From assembly GCF_009914755.1 (NCBI RefSeq), contig NC_060926.1: DNA of 64,000 nucleotides. One strand, given 5' to 3'. The position numbers and the translations under genes were made by a program. This document shows, piece after piece, positions 14,700 to 27,149 of the stretch; the stretch's first letter is position 1, and each line of letters opens with the position of its first letter. The notes beneath the pieces are model-generated. The model was given only the letters and a program-made list of their open reading frames with translations. It was not told where the DNA came from and did not search any database. Origin of the DNA: the human T2T-CHM13v2.0 reference genome, Homo sapiens.

Positions 14700-14910
14700 G
14701 AAACATTTATAGAGGGTCTAATGCATGCCAGATACTTTACACAGATTGTTTTATTGAATCCTTATAACCACCCTATAAATAGCCATTATTTTCATTTACT
14801 GATAAGAAAACTGAGACTCAAAGATTTTCAAAAACTTATCTAAGATCATGCACCTAAAATGTGGAAGAGCCACATAAACCCCATAGATTTTCTGAATCCA
14901 AAGTCCACAA
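14700..14910 (-). mobile_element. MIR SINE
   Basis: TTGAATCCTTATAACCACCCTAT..GATAAGAAAACTGAGACTCAAAGA..AAGATCATGCACCT. Confidence 0.7.
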
Positions 14911-15311
14911 TCCATCCTGAACAGTGCTTGGATGCCAATTCCTCAAGTTTTATCTGAAGAATTATTTGTGTTCTATGTAATACCCCACCTATATCTAAGA
15001 AGATCTGAAATAGCTACTCCTATAAACATCTTGCCACCAGCTACCTAGTCATGCCCCTCAATGTTGAAGATAATGAAAATGCTGGGACTTTTCCCAAATG
15101 CATAGGAAGGTGGGAAATCCAGGTCAGACCCAGACTCCCAAGTTCTTTTAACAGTGCTGTCTACACCAAGGCTAGCATCCTGGCTGTGAAATCCACAGTC
15201 CCCCATTAAACGGCTCAGGGATACCCAGGATGAGGGTCAGCCAACCGAGATACAATTTAAGGAGAGCCAAAAATCTCCATCATCAAGATAAATAATATTT
15301 TCATGCCACAT

Positions 15312-15663
15312 TTGTTTTCTTAACTATTATGGATACATAATAGTTGTACATATTTACAGAGTACGTGTGATATTTTACTATTAATAGAAGCATACGATGT
15401 GTGATGATCTAATCAGGGCAATTGTGGTATCCATCCCTCAAGCACTTATCATTTCTTTGTGTTAGGAACATTCCAATTTTTGAAATTGGAATTTTAGTTT
15501 CTTTTTAGTTTTTATTGAAATATTCTTTTTTTGAAATATACAATATCTGAGTTATTTTTGAGTTTTTGAAATATACCATAAATTATCAGTTACTATAGTC
15601 TCCCTATTGTGCTAGTAAACACTAGATCTTACTCTTTCTATCTAGTTGTATTTTTGAACTCAT
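15312..15663 (-). mobile_element. L1MA 3' end fragment
   Basis: GATACATAATAGTTGTACATATTTA..TCATTTCTTTGTGTTAGGAACATTCCAA..ACACTAGATCTTACTC, antisense L1MA 3'UTR. Confidence 0.8.
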
Positions 15664-15875
15664 GGTGGGGAGGGGGAACCAAAAGAGGGGATGGTTAATG
15701 CAATACTTTTAAAAATAAAAATTAATGCAAAAAATCCATGATGAACAAAATATCAACATTTTAAATAAAGACAAGGTGCTTGTGTGCTTGTCTGTTTCCA
15801 ATCAGCTGTGGTTTCTGGGCCCCATGGCCTCCATGTCCCCATGAGACTGCTTCATGAGGGCTGACAGTGGCATGC

Positions 15876-16273
15876 TGTATTAGGCTGTTTTTGCATTGCT
15901 GTGAAGAAATACCCAGGACTGGTTAATTTATAAAGAAAAGAGGTTTGATTGGCTCCCGGTTCTGCAGGCTGTACAAGCATGGTGCTGGCATCTGCTCGGC
16001 TGCAGGGAGGCCTCGGGGAGCTTTTACTTGTGGCGGAAGAAGAAGGGGGAGCAGGCCCTTACATGACAAAAGCAGGAGCAAGGGCTGGGGTGGAAGTGCC
16101 ACACACGTAAACAGCCAGATCTCATGAGAACTCACTCGCTATCAGGAGGACAGCCCCAAGCCCTGAGGGATCCTCCCCCACGACCCAAACACCTCCCGCC
16201 AGGCCGGCCTCCAACACTGGGGATTACCTCTCAACATGAGATTTGAGCAGGGACAAACATCCAAACCAAGTCA
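15876..16273 (-). mobile_element. MaLR solo LTR (MSTA/MSTB)
   Basis: TGTATTAGGC...AAACCAAGTCA termini, TAATTTATAAAGAAAAGAGGTTT, CAACATGAGATTTG; 5-bp TSD CATGC/TGTGC. Confidence 0.9.
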
Positions 16274-17698
16274 TGTGCAGACAGAACAACATTGGGCTTC
16301 ATATCTAGTCATGGGTTTTGATTCCAGAGGTTCTATTCACGTTTTCTGCTTGGTTCAGAATATGGGAGGACATTCTAACAAGTACATATGGGGGTGCATG
16401 TGCTTCCTCTTGCCTCAGGCTCCAGTTTGGCCCCATGTGGCATGGGCACAGCTCATCATTTAGTCAGCACAGAGAGGCGACAGGAAACTGAACAAGGAAG
16501 AGAACCTATGGTGGAATTAGTACGTTCACAGCTTCTCATGGGCTAACAGCATCCACGCACACGCTACATGATGTGAACTGCCACGTCCCTTGCAAACATC
16601 CCTCTCTTTGGGAGAGTCTGTAATTTTTCAATGACCCTAACAACGTTGACACAATCTTTCCACTCTAAAAGACACTAGTGTGTCATAGGAGCAGATGCAA
16701 AACATGTTCCTTGTTCATGGGAGCAATGATAATTACTTTGACGACAATAGAGAAGCTAGAAGGTATTAGGCTGGGAACAAGACAATGCAAACAGGACTGG
16801 ATTAATTTGCATTAAAAAGACTGCAAGAGCAATTAGCACCTCATTAATATGACATAAATGTTAATTTATACAGATCCCAAGTGACCCTCCACTTCCTTCC
16901 TCCCCACCAGTGTGAGTGTTATGGTAGGAAGCACTCCATGAGAATGGCTTTCAAAGGCTGGGAGCAAGTCCATCTGCCCGGCCTTTCCAAGGAGGTGCAG
17001 ATGAGTTCGAGTGTCCACTTAGCTGAGGCCACAGCAACCTTCTCACACGAATGGGCCGCCTGTGGGAATTACACTGCAGCCCGCAGAAGGCTCTGCGTTC
17101 ACAAGGGAGCCTCGACACTGCTGCACACAACAGCGCAGTGGCCGTGGTGGCCCAGGAAGGGCTGCATCCACGCTGGGAGGGGCGGAGCCCACAGAGAACT
17201 GCACAGCTAAGGTTTTCCACCACAAACCTGAAGCTCGTTAGGATCAAAGCAATTGCCTTGAATAATTGATTTCTTCATACCAGTATGAAAATAAAATAAA
17301 ATAAAACCCTGGAGGGTTGTGAATGGCATGAGATATAATCACACCACTTGAGAGTGAGAGGCACTTAGCGCCCTGAGGGTGTGATTAGGGCATCCTACAT
17401 CAAAGGACGGTGTCCTAAAATAGTTCACCCAGTAAATCATTTCACACAATTCATTGTAAATGACACTGCCAGGAAGAGGAGATTCTGGAGAGCTTCTACC
17501 ACCCCTTTTATTCTCCGTTGACCCTTAGGAGGAAGGAGACAGGATGGAAAAGGAGTATGAGGGTAACTGGGTGTGGGCACCTCCCTGTGGGAAAGAAATC
17601 TCACTGTTATTCTCACTTTGACTTGCAGGGACACTGACCTCCAGGATGTGGTTAAACACACACACAGTCACAAACAAACAAACTCCCACATATTCTCC

Positions 17699-17752
17699 CA
17701 CACATGCGCATGTACGCGCGCGCGTGCGCGCGCACACACACACACACACACA
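17699..17752. repeat. Alternating purine-pyrimidine (CG)n/(CA)n tract
   Basis: CACACATGCGCATGTACGCGCGCGCGTGCGCGCGCACACACA..., uninterrupted YR alternation. Confidence 0.95.
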
Positions 17753-17860
17753 GAGCTTATGCCAGAATCTACCTCCATTCAAGAATTGTCCTGGGTGTTC
17801 ATCACCACGTCAGTCTTGCAAAGCCTTCTGCAACTCTGCCTAGGGACATGATGGCAGGAC

Positions 17861-18060
17861 CCCAACACCTGTCCCACCACCCCAACACCTGTCCCGCCAC
17901 CCCAACACCTGTCCCGCCACCCCAACACCTGTCCTGCCACCCCAACACCTGTCCCGCCACCCCAACACCTGTCCCACAACACCAACACCTGTCCTGCCAC
18001 ACCAACACCTGTCCCGCCACCCCAACACCTGTCCCGCCACCCCAACACCTGTCCCACAAC
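17861..18060. repeat. Minisatellite, 10 x 20 bp
   Basis: Unit CCCAACACCTGTCCCGCCAC with minor variants, 10 copies in register. Confidence 0.97.
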
Positions 18061-19754
18061 AGCATTCACAGGCTCCATGGTGCATCCATGATGCAGGAGA
18101 GTCTCCCAAATCCAACTTAACGCCAAAGATGTGCGGAGCAACCAGTGTGTTGAGAACACTCTGCCAGGCACAGTGGGGTGCAGGGGATTCCGAGCAAGTC
18201 CCCGGGGGGGAGGTTAACACAGTGACTGAGATGGACGGGCCCCAAGAAGCCATTCGAGGCCATTACCAGGATAAAGAAGAACGAGGACAGTTAGGAGGAC
18301 TCCATGGAAGAAGTCAAATCTGAGATGGTCCTCCTGAAGAATGAGGCAATTTCAGTAGCCCCACGTGGATAGAAGCACTCACATGAAGGGAAGAACGCAG
18401 GCCAAGGCACAGCACAGGTGACTCGAGATGGGTGCTCAGAACCCAGGTCTGGGCTGCAGTTCTCGAAACCCTCTGAGACGTGTCACATAGCAAGCACATG
18501 GACAAGGAAGCAGAGTGTTGGAAACGGGAATCGACTCAGAGAATGTGAGATAGAGTCACTAGATTGGTGTTTCTCAAACTCAGATCCCAGGAAGTATTCT
18601 CAAATCTGCAGCTCTTCCTTGGAAAGTTAAAAGTTGACTATTTTCCTCGTGATAAGCATCTTAGAGGAAACGCTGCTCTATGCCTATCTTGCACCGCCTA
18701 GTTCACTTCCTCACAAACCTCCATCTTAGTGCCTGTGTTTGCGTCTGTGCTTATGGGGGTGTTGGCACCGTGGAATTCTGCTTTAATGGATGCAGGCTAG
18801 GAGAAAAGAATAGAGGCGACTTGATACACAAAGAGTGAAGTTGAGCCAAGCAAAAGGTCAGATGGCCTCGCAAAGCACAGTGTGAATGAAAGCTTCACAG
18901 AAGTTCACATGGAGGACTCTGGTGGGAGAAGTGAGTCTCCAGAGACAGGGCAGATTACGAGGCTGGTTTCACCGGGCCTGGCCTGGCCACCAGCACCAGG
19001 ACACAGCCGGGTCAACAAAGCATCATCGTAAACTCCAGCGGCAGTGGGTTTGGGTTTGGTGCATACTTCATTAGAAAAACTCTCTAGTTTTGTAGACGTA
19101 TAGGACTACACACAGAGGTTGACTCCTAGTTGTGTTTTTGCACAAATAGAACATATTTAAAACAACACCAGGGGACTGGTTTTTTTTTCCCCCTTTTCAA
19201 AGGAGTTGCTACATTACTCCAGTCCAAGAAATGCTACCCCAGACAGTGAGCTTATTGAGGGCAGGGACCAAGTCTCACTTATCTTTGGACTGCTGTTTCC
19301 AGCTGGGTGCCTGGCATGTGGTAGGGATTTGACAGAAACCGGTTGAATCACATGGACATCTGGGCGTGTGACATCTGTTGGAGGCAGGATGGATTAATTC
19401 TCAGGGGCTGTGGTCGCCCTTGGGCAGAGCAGCTTATGGCAGATGATAGTGAGCCATGCACTTTGGATGGCACAGAGTCACCGAGAGGAACAATTGTACC
19501 TCACTTCAGGGCAGCTGTCCACACTAATTTAGAGGACAGCAGTGAGCAGAATGGAAACTCAGGAATGGGGACTCCAGGTCAACGAAATTCCAAGATACTG
19601 TCCCATTTTCTCAAGGGATCCTTTATGTATATTTTTAACTTTCTGAATTTTTACGAGTATATATTACTTATTTTTAGGAAAGTTTAAAATACTAAAAAGT
19701 ACAAGGAGTAATAGAACAGACACTCATATTCTCAACATCCAGAATTAACAATTA

Positions 19755-20095
19755 CAATTGGCCCTCCCTACCCACGGGTTCCCAAATCTTCACAGATTTA
19801 ATTAACCCAAGATCAAAAATGTAGTTAGAACTACGATGGTTGCATCTGCACTAAATATGTACACTTTTTTCCCGTCATTATTCCCTAAACAATACAGTAT
19901 AAGAACTAGTTACACAGCATTTAGATTGTATTTGGTATTATAAGTAATTTAGAGATTATTTAAAGTAGAGGGGAGGACATGTGTAGGTTATATGCAAATA
20001 CTACAGAGTTTTATATCGGGGACTTGAGCATCTGAGGATTTTGGTATCTTGTGGGATCCTGGAACTAATCCTCCATGGATACCAAGGGATGACCT
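19755..20095 (-). mobile_element. MER2/MER2B (TcMar-Tigger) DNA transposon
   Basis: GTCATTATTCCCTAAACAATACAGTATAA, TAGGTTATATGCAAATACTAC, GGATACCAAGGGATGAC terminus; TA at both ends. Confidence 0.88.
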
Positions 20096-20290
20096 TATTA
20101 ACATTTTCTCTAATTTGCATCAAATCTTTTTATGTATACACATTTTGAATTACAGAAGTAATATGGATATAGTATCTATTAAAGTAGGAGGAGGAAGAAG
20201 AAGAAAGAGAGAGAAGGGAAGTAAGGAAAGAAGGAAGGAGGGAGAAAAACAGATAAGGGTAGAGAACTAATCACACATAAACCAGAAGTG

Positions 20291-20615
<325 letters not shown>

Positions 20616-23337
20616 CTATCGAGCTTATCTGCCTCACCTTCTTTTCTGAAACAACCTCCCTCCTAACCTTTTTATGTTCACATGCATATATATGAATCCA
20701 TCTATGTATGCATTGTTTTGTGTGTGCTTAATTTGCATGAATATCACACTCAAAGTTCTATTCAACTTGTTTTTTCACTTATCACTATAGTTCTGAGTAT
20801 CTATTCATGTTGACGTATACAGATCTATTTCTGTCCTTTTAATACTGTGCAGTATTCCATCTTATGAAAATACCACATGTCATCTATCCAGTTCTCTATT
20901 AAAGGACATGTAGGCTATTTCAAATATTTTGCTATTAGAAACAAGGCTACAATTAACATCTTTGTCCATGAGTTTGTATGCATTTGTTGGAATGTTCTTC
21001 TAAACTGTATGCCTAGAAATGATATTGCAGAGTAGCTGGGCCTGCATGTTTTTAGTTTTACCAGATATTGTCAAATTGCTCTCCCAAGTAGCTCTGCAAA
21101 TTTAAACCTCCTCCAACAACGTGTAATGCCCGTATTTGTGCAAAAACTTGACACAATCATACTTTAAATGTTTGCCAACTTCCCTCATGACTTTAAGTTT
21201 TGGTATCTTGATTTCATATGCAATTTAGATATACAAGTAAAAGTGAACATTTATGTGTATGTTTATTAGCAGCTGTGTGTTTCTCATCCATGAGATGACT
21301 TCATATCCTTTACCCATTTTCCACTGCATTTTTTCTTTTTCACTTGTAGTTCTTTACATACGTTAAGTCCTAAACTTTTGATATTGGTTAAAAATTAACA
21401 TTTTTATAGAGTCGTTGATCATGGAGAGAGTTTAAATATTGATATTGGCTAATCGCGTCTCGTTTCTGAAAGTTCCCTCTGTATCTTCTTCTGTAATTTT
21501 ACATTTTTTATTTTTCAAATTTAGACACTGAGTCCTCCTGGGATGTCTGTTTTGTATGTGGTCTGAGTTAATGGTGATCTATTTTGTCCATAAGCAAAGA
21601 CAGTGATAGCAACATTATTTATTAATAGTCCATGCCACTGCACTCATCTCCCAAGCTTCCCTTTCACATCACAAACTCCCACATGTGTCTCTTGTGTGCT
21701 CTTCCTCCACCTGCCTGGCCACCCCTGTGCTGGCTCATCCTGCTTCCATTCCTATTGCTTTATAACATGTCTTGATGTCTGATAGAGAAAAATCTCTCTT
21801 ATCCTTTTCCTTTATAATCGTCTTGGCTATTCTTGCCTTTATTCTACTATACACATTTTTTATAATTTCATTTGGACGTACGAATAAAGGAATTACAATG
21901 ACTTGGATTTAAATTGCATGTGAATTACAGGTTATTTGGAAAGACCAACAGCTTTACAAAAATAAGTCTTTCAATCCACCAATGCCGTATGTCTCCCTCC
22001 ATTCTTGTCCTTCCAGGTGGGCTTTTATCATTTTCCCCATGAAGATGTTATATCATTTTGTTATATTTGCTCCAAATTTGTTATACTTTTGTTTCTTTTG
22101 TAACATAGATATTTTTTCTTACATTTTCTGCTTGGTTCTGACATATACAGGGGTGGTTCAAAGGGAAGTAAGATCAATTATTTTGCAGAAGCAAAGAAGC
22201 TAAAGCTAGTTCTTTGGGGGTAGAAAGCAAGTGGTTGGAAGATGGGCCTTCCAAGCAGAGGTAACAGAAGACCCCACTCAAACTACTATAAGCAGCTTGG
22301 CTGGGCTGAGTGGAGTGGCATGGAAGCTTAGTGGGAGAAGGTGAGATCCAGTACGTGGGAAAAGGCCAGGCCGCAGTGGGACACAGAAGTCAAGCCCATG
22401 ACTGTGATGACGGAAGGGCACAGTTTCTCTCCATCAATCCCCCAGTTTGACCAATGGGGCTTTCTCCAAATTTCTCATGGCCCTGACTTGTTTTGAGTAG
22501 CCAGACATGGACGCAGCCCTGGCCTTAGAGGGAGCACTGCCTTAGTAATGCAGAAGGAAAGAAAAGAGCTAATTACTGGACTTTTAAAAATGAAAATACA
22601 CTTTTGGACTTTATAGAAGAGATAATAGTTTCAGAGAGCAGACATAAAAGTAGCTTGGGACTAGACAAAGATTCTCAGACAGGGCAAGAAAGAAGAGAAC
22701 CAGAGGGGAAGCCAGAGGGTCCAGACAACTGGAAGCAGACGCTGGAGGTGTTTCCAGAAGATCTGAGCATCAGGAGGACCTGGGTTTGCCTCCAGGGGGT
22801 CCCAGTGAGCAGTAGGAGCCCAGAGCCCTAGGGGAGATGCATGTCCAGGCAGTTGGGCCCAGGACAGCCTTCTGGGGCTTCTGGGCGTGGGCCTAGGAGT
22901 CTCCCATAAGAGGTGGAAAAGCTTTGGTAGTTTCCCAGTTCCCAAAGACCCCGAGGTATTTAAGAAAGCAGAGCCATGTAACCTGTGGTCCCAAGATGGG
23001 GCTGAAAGCAGCTAAAGGAGAGATACCTGGCAAGGCCCTCTGCCTGAGACCGTCCATCAACAGCTGGGCCCAGACCACATTACACAGTCACAGTTGTCAG
23101 AGCTAGCACTCATTCAGCTCCTACCGTGTGCCATTGTTTTACGCACTCACCATAAAGTGACCCATTTAGCCAGTACTGCCCACGAGACACGCAAGAGAAG
23201 AAGAGGAGCCCCTGCCTAGGCCCATGCATTAGGGAACAACATGTCACAAGTGCAAACAAATTTACATATAAAGAACATACATGGAAATGCCTTGTCATTC
23301 ATGATTGGTACTCAACACTGACACAGTGTGGTTCATC

Positions 23338-23786
23338 TGTGGTTGGCTGAATAATGCCCCCCCTAAAAAATATGTACATCCCAATTCCCAGAACCTGTAA
23401 ATGTTACCTTAGATGGGACTTTGCAAATGCAATTAAGGTAAGGATTTTAAGATGGGGTCATTATCCTAGATTATCAGGGTGGGCCTGAAATGCCATCATC
23501 ACAAGTATCCTTATGAGAGAGGCAGAGCAAGATTTGACACACAGGGGAGGGGAGGAAGCAATGCAACCATGGAGGAAAGATTGGAGTGGTGTGGCTAGGA
23601 GCCAAGGAATGCAGCCTCCGGAAGCTGCAAGAGTCAAGGAACAGAGTTCCCCTGGAGCATCTTGAGAGAGTGTGGCCCTGCCAACACCTTGACTTCAGCC
23701 CAGTGAAAGTGATTTCAGACTGTGGCCTTCCAGAACTGAGAGCAAAGAAATACCTGTTGCTTTAAGCCACCCAATTTGGGTAATTT
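23338..23786 (+). mobile_element. MaLR LTR (MLT1C/D-like)
   Basis: TGTGGTTGGCTGAATAATG start, AACCTGTAAATGTTACCTTA, CCCTGCCAACACCTTGA, TTTAAGCCACC. Confidence 0.85.
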
Positions 23787-25083
23787 AAGAGTAATTTTTT
23801 AAAGGAAATTTAATAGGTCATCCTCAATCCTCTGCTCTCATGACTAATGCCATTCAGGCCCGGGGAGGCTTCTTCACACAATTAGACTTGTGTCCTTGAA
23901 ACAAAAGAAGACTGTACCCAATGGCCATGAAAGTCTGAAGGCTGGATACAGATGCCACTTAGGAGCACTGCAAAAGATGAACAGTGGAAACAATTAGATG
24001 AGAGGAAAGACAGAGGGATGCCTCTCTCCAATCCTCCCTCTCAGAGGGCAGCTCTACCGTAGATCCCTAGAGGTGCCAACTGTCCTGTCCTTGCTTCTAC
24101 TCATGTTCCAGTTCATGGTTCCAGAGATATACACAAATTGGTATGGTGTCTGCAGCAGATGGTGACTGAGGAACATTCTGCAACATTAAATGATTCATAC
24201 TACTGTCACATTCATAGATAGGTGGATATAGACATCATATGCATATAACATGACACTAATCTTTTACATGGGCAACCAAAGGACTATTGAACACTAGAAT
24301 TGCAAGGAGTTGCTATTAAAACTGTAATAAGGTATTTATTTTTCAAAAGTAACTAAAAACTTCACCTGTATTATTATAATTTGATGTTAATCGTTGAAAT
24401 GTATTAATTATAACGTATACTTTTGAGCAGATTATGTTAAACAATTTGAAAGAAAAATAACTTTTTGAAAACATACATGGAAAAGAAATAACTTTAATGT
24501 CTTGAATTAAAATATTTTTAAATTTATATTTTAATGAAAATGTATTCAAATTTTGTATATCTTGAATACAATTGTATTTGATATTTTAATCCTTTAGATC
24601 TTTACTGTTACCAGAACCCAAATTCTGTGGAAATCTTAAGTATAACAATATAATTTGTTATGTTGCTAAAATGATGACAAGAAAATTAAGTTTCACGTGG
24701 AATGAATATACGATAATACATAAGTTATGTGTCTTTATTGCTCATCCAAACATCACTGGCTCCTTCAACAACACAAGAGTTCCAACATGGAGGAGTCTTC
24801 TATCAAGGTAGATACTTAACAAATGTTCACTGAGTGAGTGAGTGAATGTGGGTGAGTTTACATGGCGGTAAAGCCAGATAGTGCAGGTCCTTGATCACTG
24901 GTCAGACTTTAGCCAGGATGTGATCAGCATAGAGACTCCTCTTGCGCAGGGGAAAGATGCTATTAGAGCAATGTAAGGGAGATTAATCGAACATTTGGAT
25001 GCAAGAGAGGCTGGAATTAGGAGAAATCAAAAGTAATATAACTATGCACTTTTGCTTTCACTTTTAACTTTTATGTTTTCACT

Positions 25084-25628
<545 letters not shown>

Positions 25629-25664
25629 ACTACTCCAGCTGTTGGGGGTGGCTTGGTACTGGGG

Positions 25665-25885
25665 AAGATCATGGACTTGGAGTTTCTCAGGCCTCATTTG
25701 AGTCCCAGCACCACCACTTCATTTACGGGGATTCTTAGGCTCCCATCTTAACTTCTCTGGACCTCAATTATTTCACCTGTAAAATAGAGACAAGGCTACC
25801 TCCCTCACGAGGTGGTTGTGACATGAGAAATGGTGTGCAAAGCATAGTTAGTGACTAGGAAATAGTGGGTGGTCAATAAATAGCA
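25665..25885 (+). mobile_element. MIR SINE
   Basis: CTTAACTTCTCTGGACCTCAAT..CACCTGTAAAATAG core, CAATAAAT end. Confidence 0.7.
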
Positions 25886-25974
25886 GCTGCTACGTTCCTT
25901 CAGGCTCCAGAGCCTGCACGCTGCGTGCAGATCCCATACTCCAGACCCCTGCCGCAGAAGGGTGGGCCAGGAAG

Positions 25975-26295
25975 CAGCAGCTTTGCCTTAACCATAGCGA
26001 GAAGCTTGTCAGAAGTGCAGGGTCTTGGCCATTTCCCCCAGGCCAACGAATCAGGGACTGCATTTCAGCAAGCTCCCAGGTGACTGGTGCACAAGATGGA
26101 GTCAGAGAAGCATCTAGAGCACTAGTTTCCAGTCCTGACCACACATTCAAATAACCTAAGGAGCTTTAAATAACCAGTGCCCCAGCCCCACCCCAGACAT
26201 ATTAATTCAGAATCCCAAAGAATGGTGTGAGCCTGGGCTTTATTCAAAAGCTCCCCAGGTGACTTTACTGTCCAGCCACAGTTGAGCCCCACTGG
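25975..26295. mobile_element. Two adjacent MER5-family (hAT-Charlie) MITEs
   Basis: GAATCAG..CTGCATTT..CAAGCTCCCAGGTGA and AAAGCTCCCCAGGTGA..GTTGAG..CCACTG signatures. Confidence 0.7.
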
Positions 26296-26484
26296 CTGCA
26301 TCAAAATACATGAAGCCTCAGGACATGGTCTCATTATGGCTTTGGTGGACTCTAGGCACCTTTGCCTCCAGGAGTCCCTTCCTATGTAGAATAATATTAA
26401 AAATTAGTTTACTATGTCTTGGTATAAAGAGAAATATGTTAATACTATATAGTAAGATATTTTCTTTAACGTTTCCTTTTTAAA

Positions 26485-27149
26485 ATTTTTTTTATTATAC
26501 TTTAAGTTCTGGGATACCTGTGCAGAACGTGCAGGTTTGTTACATAGGTATACACGTGCCATGGTGGTTTGCTGCACCCATCAACCTGTCATCTATATTA
26601 GGTATTTCTCCTAATGCTATCCCTCCCCTAACCCCCAACCCCCCAACAGGCTCCAGTGTGTGATGTTCCCCTCCCTGTGTCCACGTGTTCTCACTGTTCA
26701 ACTCCCACTTAGAAGTGAGAACATGCGATGTTTGCTTTTATGTTCTTGTGTTAGTTTGCTGAGAATGATGGTTTCCAGCTTCATCCATGTCCCTGCAAAG
26801 GACACGAACTCATCCTTTTTTATAGCTGCATAGTATTCCATGGTGTATGTGCCACATTTTCTTTCTCCAGTCTATGATTGATGGGCATTTGGGCTGATTC
26901 CAAGTCTTTGCTATTGTGAACAGTGCTGCAATAAACATACGTGTGCATGTGTCTTTATAGTAGAATGATTTATAATGCTTTGGGTATATACCCAGTAATG
27001 GGATAGCTGAGTCAAATGGCATTTCTGGTTCTAGATCCTTGAGGAATCGCCACACTGTCTTCCACAATGGTTGAACTTATTTATACTCCCACCGACAGTG
27101 TAAAAGCGTTCTTATTTCTCCACATCCTCTCCAGCATCTGTTGTTTCCT
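26485..27149 (-). mobile_element. 5'-truncated L1PA (L1PA7-like): 3'UTR plus ORF2 C-terminus
   Basis: TTATTATACTTTAAGTTCTGGG 3' end; ORF 26810..27067 gives L1 ORF2p C-terminal WRFLKDLEPE..IPLLGIYPK..CTRMFIAALFTIAKTWNQPKCP; GTTTCCTTTT on both flanks. Confidence 0.95.

Noticed and set aside
17861-18060. Regular repeat array as a possible CRISPR
   Set aside because: No unique spacers, eukaryotic context, no cas genes; the same applies to 25481-25628
17704-18253. Repetitive ORFs (PATPTPVPPPQHLS; GVGVAGQVLGWRDRCW)
   Set aside because: Translations of the 20-bp minisatellite
24070-24720. AT-rich stretch resembling an old hAT transposon interior
   Set aside because: Could not identify both termini or a family with confidence
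26810-27067. ORF with clear protein homology
   Set aside because: It is the L1 ORF2p C-terminus in a truncated L1PA, not a host gene
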